64,000 nucleotides of DNA. Source: Bacteroidota bacterium (GTDB lineage: Bacteria > Bacteroidota > Bacteroidia > Bacteroidales > BM520). The notes beneath the pieces are model-generated. The model was not told where the DNA came from and searched no databases. It saw only the letters and a program-made list of their open reading frames with translations. The DNA lies in contig PDRJ01000026.1 in the NCBI GenBank assembly GCA_002748065.1, positions 5,770 through 69,769 of the forward strand, read 5' to 3'. Of this stretch, positions 18,840-27,521 are shown piece after piece. Position numbers and translations under genes: made by a program. Position 1 is the stretch's first letter. Each line of letters opens with the position of its first letter.

Positions 18840-20072
18840 CTACAAGGTCATCAATTCATACTTATCACTATTTTCAGGAATAGAGAGAAGAACCTCATCT
18901 CCCTCCTGAAGCCCTTCCAATATAATCACTTGATTATCATTACTTTCCCCTACTTTCACTTCCTGTTTTGTATAGTTACTACGATAGACCAGGGAGATAG
19001 AGTCGTTACTATGTACCGCTTCAAGAGGAAGGTATAACACATCCTTAATAACAGCCGTATTAATCACATTCTTTGTGGTCATTGCCGGGCGAAGAATTGA
19101 GTCAAACTCATTTACGATCACCTTCACTTCAAACACTTTCGCATTGGAGTTTTTCATCTGTTCTCCGATGTTAGCCACTTCAAACACCTCCCCGGTGAGC
19201 TTTTTATCGGGAAAGGCATCCACGCTCACCTCCACCGGCTGGCCCTCTTTTACTTTACTTATATCAATCTCATTCACATAGGTTTTGGAGACCATTTGAG
19301 AGAGGTCGGGCAACTCAGCCACCACGGGATCCCACGCACCGATGGTCGCCCCAACGCCTATCTTGCTACCGTCCCAGCTTCGTCTATAGATCACCATCCC
19401 CGATTTGGGAGCGGTAATGGTAAACTGCCCCATCAGTTGCATCATGCGCTCGTACTTTCGTTTACTCTGGTTCAAGGATGCCGAGACCTCCTGCATATTG
19501 GCTTCAGCCTTCTGTTTTTTCAACTGATAATTTTTCTTGGCCTGCAGATAGGCTCGTTCTCCCTTATTCAGATCAATCTCATACTGCCGGATGGTAGCAG
19601 GCGGCTCATAAACAGCCTGTTCTAGTCGAATCTTCTTCTCCTCAAGGGCAAACTCCAGATTAATCAATTCATCCCGCGCTGCACGCAATGACATAGAGGT
19701 ATCCAACTTTGTTTTAATATACTGCGATTCAAGCTTCTCCAGCCCACTCTGTTCATCTTTAATTCTATTGGACAACTCCGATCGGTCCAAACGAGCGATA
19801 TACGCCCCGGAATCAACCACCGAACCATCGGGAATAATATCCTCTATTTTCAGGTTCCATATACGAAAATCCCTCGCACCGGAAGGACCATGGATCTTCT
19901 CCGAACTCCGAGCTTCCAACTCTCCTGTGGTCACTACGTCTATGAAAAAGTCTCCCCGTTCAACAGCAACGCGAATACTCTCATTATCCACAGAACCAGA
20001 ATCTTGCAAGAGCCACACAATAGCTCCCACCAACAAAACCAGCGCAATAAGCCAATAATAACGATTTTTCAT
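18840..20072 (-). CDS. Efflux periplasmic adaptor (HlyD/MacA membrane-fusion family)
   Basis: N-terminal TM helix, a long coiled-coil hairpin (..ELSNRIKDEQSGLEKLESQY...ANMQEVSASLNQSKRKYERM..), and barrel-sandwich and beta-barrel segments. Confidence 0.85.
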   Translation of the reverse strand: MKNRYYWLIALVLLVGAIVWLLQDSGSVDNESIRVAVERGDFFIDVVTTGELEARSSEKIHGPSGARDFRIWNLKIEDIIPDGSVVDSGAYIARLDRSELSNRIKDEQSGLEKLESQYIKTKLDTSMSLRAARDELINLEFALEEKKIRLEQAVYEPPATIRQYEIDLNKGERAYLQAKKNYQLKKQKAEANMQEVSASLNQSKRKYERMMQLMGQFTITAPKSGMVIYRRSWDGSKIGVGATIGAWDPVVAELPDLSQMVSKTYVNEIDISKVKEGQPVEVSVDAFPDKKLTGEVFEVANIGEQMKNSNAKVFEVKVIVNEFDSILRPAMTTKNVINTAVIKDVLYLPLEAVHSNDSISLVYRSNYTKQEVKVGESNDNQVIILEGLQEGDEVLLSIPENSDKYELMTL

Positions 20073-20182
20073 CCCCTATTCTTTTAACGACCCCCGGAGG
20101 CCTCAAATTATCACCCGAAACTATCCCTATACTCTTCCCTTCATTGAACTACACAAAGGTAAACGTTTTCCCCACAAAAATC

Positions 20183-20869
20183 TTATCTCTTTTTCACAAA
20201 AAAGATACTAAAAAATGTTAAAAATATAACAATAGGAACAGCCGCAAAATGTAAAAAGGGCACCAACAAAACCGCGATAGCCACAACCCCCCAGCGAAAG
20301 CCATTCTCCTTAAGACGAAGTGTTTTAAACTTCAGTGACATGATAGGAACCTTACTCACCATCAAAAAACTGAATAGAAGAGAGGTAGCAACCAACACCG
20401 AAGGATGGGCTAACCAAGGGGCTCCATACTCCTCCATAATCAACGGGATTGAAACAAAAAACCAGGCCATAAGAGGAACAGGAACACCGGAAAAAAAGGC
20501 AGCCTCCTGGCCTTCTCCCAGATTAAACTTTGCCAAACGAATCGCTGCAAAAAGGGGCAAAAATCCCCCAGCCAAAGCAAACCCATTGTTCACCGGCAAG
20601 GCGAGCTGCCCATTTAACAAAAAATACACCATCAACCCCGGAACCACACCAAAGGAGATCAGATCAGCAAGAGAATCCAACTGAATACCGAGAGGAGAAG
20701 AGACCTTCAACAAGCGAGCAGTTAGCCCATCCAAAAGGTCAAACAGAGAGGCCAACATCACCATATAGGAGGCCCAAACCACCTCTCCTGAAGCTAAAAA
20801 CAGAATGGCGGACAAACCGCACAGAAGATTAAACAATGTTAAGATGTTGGGGAAATGCCTCTTTATCAT
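20183..20869 (-). CDS. pssA: CDP-diacylglycerol--serine O-phosphatidyltransferase
   Basis: The CDP-alcohol phosphatidyltransferase motif DLLDGLTARLL...GIQLDSLADLISFG sits in a polytopic membrane protein. The start is moved to the ATG at 20869 (MIKRHFPNILTLFNL). Confidence 0.85.
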   Translation of the reverse strand: MIKRHFPNILTLFNLLCGLSAILFLASGEVVWASYMVMLASLFDLLDGLTARLLKVSSPLGIQLDSLADLISFGVVPGLMVYFLLNGQLALPVNNGFALAGGFLPLFAAIRLAKFNLGEGQEAAFFSGVPVPLMAWFFVSIPLIMEEYGAPWLAHPSVLVATSLLFSFLMVSKVPIMSLKFKTLRLKENGFRWGVVAIAVLLVPFLHFAAVPIVIFLTFFSIFFVKKR

Positions 20870-20968
20870 ACTAAACGACCAATGTGACACAAAAGTACAC
20901 TTTTCCCCCAACATCACTCCCCTAAGATTGTTAAAAGAAGAAGGATATATTATAAATTTGCATCACGC

Positions 20969-21223
20969 ATGATGACCCGACACGAATTTGAACACTACAG
21001 TGAGACAGACAAACTCACCATTCTTCTTGAGAGGGGAGAAAAGGTGTTGAATAGAATCTTTCTCTACTATAACATCACCCTCTATATTGTCGACCACCTC
21101 TTCATCGAGGTATGGTATCGACAAACCACCAATACGGTGGACAAGGTCAACGTGGTGGATATGGATAAGATCTTCCATCTCTATGAAAAACATATCAAAC
21201 TTCCTGATCTATTCAACGGATGA
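20969..21223 (+). CDS. Small hypothetical protein, translationally coupled to queA
   Basis: 84-aa ORF. Its TGA overlaps the queA ATG (ATGA at 21220-21223). I recognised no family. Confidence 0.45.
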   Translation: MMTRHEFEHYSETDKLTILLERGEKVLNRIFLYYNITLYIVDHLFIEVWYRQTTNTVDKVNVVDMDKIFHLYEKHIKLPDLFNG

Positions 21224-22458
21224 AAAAAGCACCTCTATCCTCCATCAAGGAGATCACGATTTCCGATTATGATTACGCGCTACCTCCGGAGCGTATTGCA
21301 TGGTATCCCCCCAAGGAACGAGGCACCTCAAAGCTTTTGGTAAGCACTTCCGGCCACCATATTCAGGTCCCATTCGCTGACATAGGAGCGCATCTTCCGC
21401 CCAAAGCAACATTGGTTTTTAATGAGACAAAGGTGGTACAGGCAAGAATGCACTTTACCAAGTCATCAGGAGCACACATTGAGATCTTCTGTCTAGAGCC
21501 ACTCCTTCCGGTAGCAGAGGTGCAGTTGGCCTTCTCGCAACCCTCACCTGTTACCTGGAAATGCCTGGTAGGCAATTCCCGAAGATGGAAACAAGGAGCT
21601 TTAGAGACAACGATTTCTGTAGAGGGGAGGCCCCTCACCATAAAAGCGACACGCACAGCACAGCACGAAGGATACTCGGAGATCACCTTTCACTGGGATA
21701 ATGAGACGATGCCCTTCGGCCGAGTGTTGGAGTCCATTGGTACGATGCCCTTACCCCCCTATATTCACCGGGAAGCGGAACCCGAAGACCAGGAGCGCTA
21801 TCAAACCGTCTATGCCCGCAACGATGGCTCGGTAGCCGCCCCCACTGCCGGCCTACACTTTACGGAAACACTGTTAGCCAGCCTTGAGAAGCAAGGCATC
21901 TCCAAGGAAAAGATCACCCTTCACGTGGGCGCGGGAACATTCAGACCTGTCACCTCCCCCACCCTTGGCGAGCACTGCATGCACACCGAACAGATCATGG
22001 TATCGCGCCAAACCATCACCCGCCTCCTACAACGAGATACACACCCCATTGTCCCGGTAGGAACTACCACCGCACGCACCTTAGAAAGCCTTTTCTGGTA
22101 CGGAGCCAAACTACACCTGGGCGAAACCTCCTCCCCCTATCTCAACGTAAAACAGTGGGATCCCTATACCGAAAAATACCGAAGGATCTCCACAGAAGAG
22201 AGCCTAAAGGCACTCTTGCAAATAATGGAAAAAGAGAAGCTAAACTACCTAAAAGGGGAAACCAACCTGTTGATTGCTCCAGGCTATCCCTGGCACTTTG
22301 CCGATGCCCTTATCACCAACTTCCACCAACCCAAAAGCACCCTGCTACTGCTGGTCTCTTCCTTTGTGGGAGAGCGATGGAAGCAAGCCTATACCTATGC
22401 ACTCCAACATGATTTTCGTTTTTTAAGTTTTGGGGACAGCTCTCTGTTTTTTCCATAA
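21220..22458 (+). CDS. queA: S-adenosylmethionine:tRNA ribosyltransferase-isomerase
   Basis: ..ISDYDYALPPERIAWYPPKERGTSKLLV.., ..PLPPYIHRE...DQERYQTVYA..DGSVAAPTAGLHFT.. and ..TNFHQPKSTLLLLVS.. are QueA signatures. Confidence 0.9.
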   Translation: MKKAPLSSIKEITISDYDYALPPERIAWYPPKERGTSKLLVSTSGHHIQVPFADIGAHLPPKATLVFNETKVVQARMHFTKSSGAHIEIFCLEPLLPVAEVQLAFSQPSPVTWKCLVGNSRRWKQGALETTISVEGRPLTIKATRTAQHEGYSEITFHWDNETMPFGRVLESIGTMPLPPYIHREAEPEDQERYQTVYARNDGSVAAPTAGLHFTETLLASLEKQGISKEKITLHVGAGTFRPVTSPTLGEHCMHTEQIMVSRQTITRLLQRDTHPIVPVGTTTARTLESLFWYGAKLHLGETSSPYLNVKQWDPYTEKYRRISTEESLKALLQIMEKEKLNYLKGETNLLIAPGYPWHFADALITNFHQPKSTLLLLVSSFVGERWKQAYTYALQHDFRFLSFGDSSLFFP

Positions 22459-22488
22459 AAGCCACCATCTCCTACAATCTTTGCAACC

Positions 22489-23289
22489 ATGAGCAGACAA
22501 ACACAGCCGGAAGAGATGAGCTTTGGAGCACACCTGGAGATATTGCGATGGCACATTCTCCGGAGTCTTCTTGCCATTGCCCTCTTCTCCGTGCTTGCAT
22601 TTCTGGGGAAAAGGTTTCTTTTCGACACCGTGCTGTGGAGCCCCTCCTCCCCCGACTTTTTGGTAAATCGTTGGTTATGCCAATTGGCAGAAAAGACCCA
22701 CTCGCCGGGGCTCTGTATGGAGCATCTGGACATTCAACTCATCAACATCACCCTTTCGGGGCAATTCATGACGCACATGTACATGAGTCTCCTCTTTGGC
22801 CTGGTCATGGCATTTCCTTATGTTTTGTGGGAGATATGGCGATTTGTAAAACCGGCTCTCTCTCCGGAGGAGAAGGCCTCCTCACGAGGAGCAGTGCTGA
22901 TTGCCACCCTGCTATTCTATGCGGGAGCCCTTTTCAGTTACTTCCTCATTGTCCCTCTCACCATCCACTTTCTGGGCACTTATGAGATAAGCAGCACCGT
23001 TGCAAACACCATTACGCTGAGAAGCTATATCAACACGGTCCTCTCCCTCTCCTTTGCCGTGGGCCTCGTCTTCGAACTTCCCGTGGTGGTCTTTTTCCTG
23101 GCACGAATAGGGTTACTCTCTCCGGCCCTCATGAAAAAAGGGCGTCGTGTGGCGCTGGTCATCATTCTCAGTGTTGCGGCTCTCATTACCCCTTCGGATA
23201 TCTTCAGCATGATCATGGTAGCTATCCCCCTCTACGGACTTTATGAGGTAAGCATTGGGATCTCAAAACGCGTTTATGCCCGGAATTAA
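22489..23289 (+). CDS. tatC: Twin-arginine translocase subunit TatC
   Basis: MSFGAHLEILRWHILRSLLAIALF.. and six predicted TM helices, with ..FELPVVVFFLARIGLLS.. typical of TatC. Confidence 0.9.
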   Translation: MSRQTQPEEMSFGAHLEILRWHILRSLLAIALFSVLAFLGKRFLFDTVLWSPSSPDFLVNRWLCQLAEKTHSPGLCMEHLDIQLINITLSGQFMTHMYMSLLFGLVMAFPYVLWEIWRFVKPALSPEEKASSRGAVLIATLLFYAGALFSYFLIVPLTIHFLGTYEISSTVANTITLRSYINTVLSLSFAVGLVFELPVVVFFLARIGLLSPALMKKGRRVALVIILSVAALITPSDIFSMIMVAIPLYGLYEVSIGISKRVYARN

Positions 23290-23483
23290 TCCATTACCAC
23301 CTTACCCCTCCTGGCCCCCATCTCCAGCAAGCACTTTTCGCACACACAATCCTTATAAGTTAGGGCAAGTTGTTTCCTTAGAGAGGAGGGAATGACAAGA
23401 TGTTCACACCAGCATGAGGGAGCCTTCGCCCCACACACAAATGTGCCACCACACCGGGGACAGCATTTTATCTTTTTACACAT
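23286..23483 (-). CDS. Cysteine-rich CWC-family small protein
   Basis: 65 aa with CPRCGGTFVCG...CWCEHL...CVCEKCL spacing, as in the Cys_rich_CWC family. Confidence 0.55.
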   Translation of the reverse strand: MCKKIKCCPRCGGTFVCGAKAPSCWCEHLVIPSSLRKQLALTYKDCVCEKCLLEMGARRGKVVMD

Positions 23484-23590
23484 GCCAAAAGCATCATATA
23501 TTCATCTGTTTATAGTTTGTAACTCTTGGCTTTTCGTTGTTAGCCGTTAGCGTGGATTATACGGCAAAGTTCACAAAAAAATGTCACTCA

Positions 23591-23646
23591 ACTTCCCTCT
23601 TCGGTCTTCCGTCTTCCAACTTCCGACTTCCATCTTCCAACTCCAT
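23591..23646. repeat. Heptanucleotide tandem repeat, about 8 units of (A/T)CTTCCN (GGAAG every 7 nt on the minus strand)
   Basis: Read directly: acttccc tcttcgg tcttccg tcttcca acttccg acttcca tcttcca actccat. It lies between the end of the five-gene operon (23670) and the start of the CWC gene (23483). Confidence 0.9.
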
Positions 23647-23669
23647 AATCATTCCCATGGGTGTTTCCT

Positions 23670-24140
23670 CTAATCATGGAGGGTATAGGTCACCACAGCC
23701 TCGTAGGTTTTTACCTCATCCAATACCGAAACCGACCCTACAATTTTATACTGTATGGGCACATTACTTCCGTTAAAATAGCCACGAAAAAAGTAAGAAG
23801 GCGTCGTATTTAAAGACTGGTAAGAGATCCCATCATAGATAAACCAAAAAGTTCCACGCCCCCTTCTTCTAACCTGGAGGGTACACCCGGGAAGAAAGTT
23901 GCTATAATCACATTGGACATGTACCTCCCAATCCCAGATTGCAGTAAGATCAATGTAAACCTGATTATGCGCGCTCTCTATCTCAATATTTTCATAATCC
24001 AACCCTGCCTCTTGAACACGTTGAGAGGAGGGGATTCCGGTGGCCCAGTTCCCAGAAACAGAGATGGATCCTCGCTGGGCAAGAGCGGGTGAAGAGACCG
24101 CAAAAAACCATAAAAAAAACAAACAATATACTCTCATCAT
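23670..24140 (-). CDS. Small secreted protein, divergent paralogue of the two subunit-like proteins (distal gene of the operon)
   Basis: Signal peptide ..FFAVSSPALAQ. There are two Cys residues (CDYSNFLPGC). The C-terminus ..AVVTYTLHD shares the YTLxD ending with the proteins at 24159-24728 and 28451-29023. Confidence 0.7.
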   Translation of the reverse strand: MMRVYCLFFLWFFAVSSPALAQRGSISVSGNWATGIPSSQRVQEAGLDYENIEIESAHNQVYIDLTAIWDWEVHVQCDYSNFLPGCTLQVRRRGRGTFWFIYDGISYQSLNTTPSYFFRGYFNGSNVPIQYKIVGSVSVLDEVKTYEAVVTYTLHD

Positions 24141-24158
24141 ATCAAGGGTCTAACTGAT

Positions 24159-24728
24159 TTACATATCCACAAGCGTATAGAGTACCGAAAGGTTGGTGCT
24201 TCCCACCGAGACGGTCTGGAGATTGGTAATTTTCAGCCGATAGGTTAATTGGTGTCCATGGTTCGCACCATCCCCCGTATAGGCGCCCCTTATCTGTTTA
24301 ATAACATAAACCGGGCTGCCGGACAAGGTCACAAAACCACCGCCGATCTGTCCCAATGCACCATCTCCTCCCACAGCAGGCCCCACATTCAATGCCAACT
24401 GCAATCCGGGGGGTACTTCCCCTCCCTGCAACTGGACGGTCACATCGCGATAAGCGCCTCCTCCCCCGATGGCAGAAGAGTAGTTGATCCATTTGCTGTT
24501 ATCGGAAACAGAAGTGATCGGAGCTCCTGCCTCTGTAACCGTATTTAAATTCAACACAACAGTCTGTAAATCAGGCTCTATATCAACTAACGCCACTTCA
24601 GGCAACGTCAAATAAATAGCATGATCGTCATACGACTGGGCGAACGAGGAGAGGGCACAAAGAAGGAGACTCCCACATAGCAAAGCTATCCGAGAATTAA
24701 CTCCTCTCCTTACTGGTTTTATCTTCAT
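24159..24728 (-). CDS. Small secreted subunit-like protein (WxL-like / fimbrial-subunit-like), paralogue of 28451-29023
   Basis: Signal peptide ..LLLCALSSFAQ. It aligns block-wise with the 190-aa protein (LPEVALVDIEPD, KWINYSS, VTVQLQGGEVPPGLQLAL, YTGDGANHGHQLTYRL, LSVLYTLVDM). Confidence 0.7.
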   Translation of the reverse strand: MKIKPVRRGVNSRIALLCGSLLLCALSSFAQSYDDHAIYLTLPEVALVDIEPDLQTVVLNLNTVTEAGAPITSVSDNSKWINYSSAIGGGGAYRDVTVQLQGGEVPPGLQLALNVGPAVGGDGALGQIGGGFVTLSGSPVYVIKQIRGAYTGDGANHGHQLTYRLKITNLQTVSVGSTNLSVLYTLVDM

Positions 24729-24735
24729 ATCCCTA

Positions 24736-27516
24736 TTATCTTACGGTTGATGCCGCACCTAAGGTTACCGGCTTAAAGTTAATCTTTATTTTTTTGGGGG
24801 CAATGGGAACCTCCATAATTTTATGCTCTCCCGGCTTCAGTTCAAGATCAAACTCCCGTTTTTTGATCTCATACTTTCGGGACAACCCTTTGAAGTGGAT
24901 CTTCAGTTTCCACCTTCCCGGGAGAACCTGTTGGAACTCAAAGTTGCCCTTTTGATCACTAATCCGCTTATGACTCACCTCTCCATTATAGAGTTCAACC
25001 AGCACGGGGATAAGCGCATCCGGCTTGGAGAGCTCACGAAGAGCCTTCGACTTCTCATACCTTTCCTGCTCTTTATCAGGATCCTGCTTTATCACAATCT
25101 TTCCCGTTACACTGGCCCCCTGGAGTAGTTGAATCGCGCAAAAATTCTCAACCTCTGCCTCCAGCGTAACCTTTATGGCTCCGGGAGGATCGGTCACCAC
25201 ATCCATCGCCATAGTTGAGGGGTCCACCAAAAGGAAATGGTCACCGGGCTCCATATTCCGGAAGGTAAAGTTACCCTCCTGATCGGTATAAGTAGACTTC
25301 CCCGCAAGATGGAGCAAAACCCCCTCAGCGGAGACATACGCCTCATCACAGGAATGCACTCTCCCCTTTAACGTAGCCAAACGTTTTATTTTTCTACCCA
25401 CCGGCAATCCAAAGTGGTAGCGATACGCTGTCCGAAACTCCCAAAACGCTCGGTTCAACTCCTTCCGGGGCGTGGCATAACGCCCCTGAAACTGCCATTC
25501 GTGCCGGGGCGTAAAGTAGTGGGAAAGCCCCAAGCTAAGGTAGCTCCGATCCCGGTAATCCTCTTCAATGGAGAAGGCGTTTTGAAGACGCAGCGATGCC
25601 GTTGTCTTTTGAGCCACTTTGGCATTCAGTGAGGCCCCGGCAAACAGGTAATTCTCCACCTTCCGGGAGTAACGATTATGGCGGCTCAGAGAGAAAAATC
25701 CACCCACCTCAAAGTGCGGAGCTACCGTGTACGTTATATTACTGGAGAAGTGCTGTCGCCAGGCCTTTTGGAGGGAGTCGCTAAGCAACAAATTATCCGT
25801 TAAAGAGAGTTCCAATACAGAGAACAAGCGAAGTTTTTTAGTGGTAAGATAATAGTTTATCCGCCCATAATACTCTTGATAATCGTACCGTTTTTTTTTC
25901 AGCCGGTCCTTCCCCGACCGAAACCCCGAGTTCAGGGAGAAGCTGTTGGCTTTATTGAGGCGATAGGAGATCCCCAAAAAGTTGTTTCTTCGCTCCGGTG
26001 CCTGCACAAAAAGGGTATCGAGGGCCACATTGTACTCCGTTTTGGAGATCCCCGCATTCACCCTCATCTTTTCCGATAGGCGATAGGCCACTGTTGAACC
26101 ATAATGCAACGAGTTGTTATAATAGCCTGCGAAATTCTTATGAGCATAGACGAGGTATCCGTTTACCCCCAACCCTTCCAGGAAAGAGGAAGAGAGTTTA
26201 GCTGAAGCAGCATTTCCGCTCTTCTCTCCCTGTTTACTGAGGGCATACTCCAACTCCAGATGGGTATCCTTCCAAGGGGTTAAAAAAGCCTGCACACTGG
26301 TGATATGAGCCCTCTCCATACGCTCTCTAAACCCTTTGTAGAGGTAATTAATGCGCACACGGTTCTCTTTATAAACATTGTAATCGGCAAAGAGCCCTAT
26401 CTCCCTCTTTAGTCGAGGATAAAAGCGGGGGTGCAGATAAATCCCCCCCACTGAGGCACGCCCGAAACGGGCAGTAAAGGAGCCCCCTCTTCCATGGCGC
26501 GCATACTCTGTAAGCAAGCTCATCCCATAGCTATGATCGCCCAATACGGCCGTAATGGAGGGACCTTGGTACTTGACGAAGTACTCATCATAATTACCCA
26601 ACGAAGAGATCCTGTAAAGGTTTGGCCCCCGCAACCGATAGAGCAATTTATGCTGCTGTTTCTTATCCCAATACCCGGAGCCGCAGGCCTCAAATTGCAT
26701 CCCCCCTCTGAAAGAGGAATCCCGGTAACTCCCCACATAGCTTATACTCAAATGGGAAGGAATGCGCCTATAGAGGTCATAGGCCTTCTCTTTAGCCGGA
26801 ATCAGGTTGATACCCGTGTTTGCATAAGCAAGCGGTTTCTTCCCATTCACGGGGGAAGCGGTGGCATAGAGCCCCTCATAAACCTGGCTTGCTGTTGCTC
26901 TATCGGTAACCTCCCGAATCGCCATCACCTGGGAAGACAATGGCTTGATCCGCATCCGCTTTTTCTTCGATGGGGCACCGTCTCTTTTGATGATTACCAG
27001 CATATCCTCCTCCACGTTCCCCGCATTCGCCACTTGCAGTGTGGTCCTAAGGGTATCACCGGCCTTCAGGTAGGGAGGCATCTTGCCAAAGGTCATCTCC
27101 ACCTTGTGAACCTCCTCCACCTTGCAAAGAACAAGATAGCGCTCCTCCCGATCCGGAAAACGCACCTCACACCGCACCTCACAAGGCCCTGCCAACGCCG
27201 AGGAAGAGGGATAGAGATGCAGGAGTAAATTCTTCTGCCCCTCACCTTCAAGCACCAACTCCTTTTCTGCAGTTAAGTTACGCCAACCGGAGGGCAGTCC
27301 CACTTCATAGGTAACCTTTTGGCCTTGGGAGGAGGGGTTGGCAAGGGGGATGGCAACAGTGCATACCCTTCCGGGTACCACCTGCAGGGTATCTGTGTAC
27401 AAAATCACCCCTCTCCCCTGCTCTCCCATCGTATGATCCTCCTGAGCAAACAGAGAAAACGAAACAGCGAACAGAAGAAGAGGCAACCAAAGGAAAAAAG
27501 AACTCCTTATGTACAC
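24736..27516 (-). CDS. 926-aa outer-membrane beta-barrel protein with two N-terminal beta-sandwich and two C-terminal carboxypeptidase-regulatory-like domains (candidate exporter or platform of the operon)
   Basis: Signal peptide ..LLLFAVSFSLFAQ. Two N-terminal beta-sandwich-like segments (..KVTYEVGLPSGWRNL.. and ..TLRTTLQVANAGNVEEDMLV..), the second CARDB/NEW3-like. The central ~450 aa is made of amphipathic Y/R/S/N-rich strands. The C-terminus carries ..LKGRVHS...YTDQEGNFTFRNMEPGDH.. and ..VTGKIVIK...SDQKGNFEFQQVLPGRW.. Confidence 0.7.
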   Translation of the reverse strand: MYIRSSFFLWLPLLLFAVSFSLFAQEDHTMGEQGRGVILYTDTLQVVPGRVCTVAIPLANPSSQGQKVTYEVGLPSGWRNLTAEKELVLEGEGQKNLLLHLYPSSSALAGPCEVRCEVRFPDREERYLVLCKVEEVHKVEMTFGKMPPYLKAGDTLRTTLQVANAGNVEEDMLVIIKRDGAPSKKKRMRIKPLSSQVMAIREVTDRATASQVYEGLYATASPVNGKKPLAYANTGINLIPAKEKAYDLYRRIPSHLSISYVGSYRDSSFRGGMQFEACGSGYWDKKQQHKLLYRLRGPNLYRISSLGNYDEYFVKYQGPSITAVLGDHSYGMSLLTEYARHGRGGSFTARFGRASVGGIYLHPRFYPRLKREIGLFADYNVYKENRVRINYLYKGFRERMERAHITSVQAFLTPWKDTHLELEYALSKQGEKSGNAASAKLSSSFLEGLGVNGYLVYAHKNFAGYYNNSLHYGSTVAYRLSEKMRVNAGISKTEYNVALDTLFVQAPERRNNFLGISYRLNKANSFSLNSGFRSGKDRLKKKRYDYQEYYGRINYYLTTKKLRLFSVLELSLTDNLLLSDSLQKAWRQHFSSNITYTVAPHFEVGGFFSLSRHNRYSRKVENYLFAGASLNAKVAQKTTASLRLQNAFSIEEDYRDRSYLSLGLSHYFTPRHEWQFQGRYATPRKELNRAFWEFRTAYRYHFGLPVGRKIKRLATLKGRVHSCDEAYVSAEGVLLHLAGKSTYTDQEGNFTFRNMEPGDHFLLVDPSTMAMDVVTDPPGAIKVTLEAEVENFCAIQLLQGASVTGKIVIKQDPDKEQERYEKSKALRELSKPDALIPVLVELYNGEVSHKRISDQKGNFEFQQVLPGRWKLKIHFKGLSRKYEIKKREFDLELKPGEHKIMEVPIAPKKIKINFKPVTLGAASTVR

Positions 27517-27521
27517 GATCC

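Noticed and set aside
22548-22985. 145-aa plus-strand ORF overlapping tatC in another frame
   Set aside because: The tatC frame gives a canonical TatC sequence, while the alternative frame has a Pro/His/Ser-rich composition with no features.
23591-23646. Possibility that the short tandem repeat is a CRISPR array or coding repeat
   Set aside because: The units are 7 bp with no spacers, and there is no ORF across the tract or cas genes. It is a simple heptanucleotide microsatellite.
26494-27228. 244-aa plus-strand ORF inside the 926-aa OMP gene
   Set aside because: It is antisense to a gene with a signal peptide and consistent domain structure, and it has no start context or motifs of its own.
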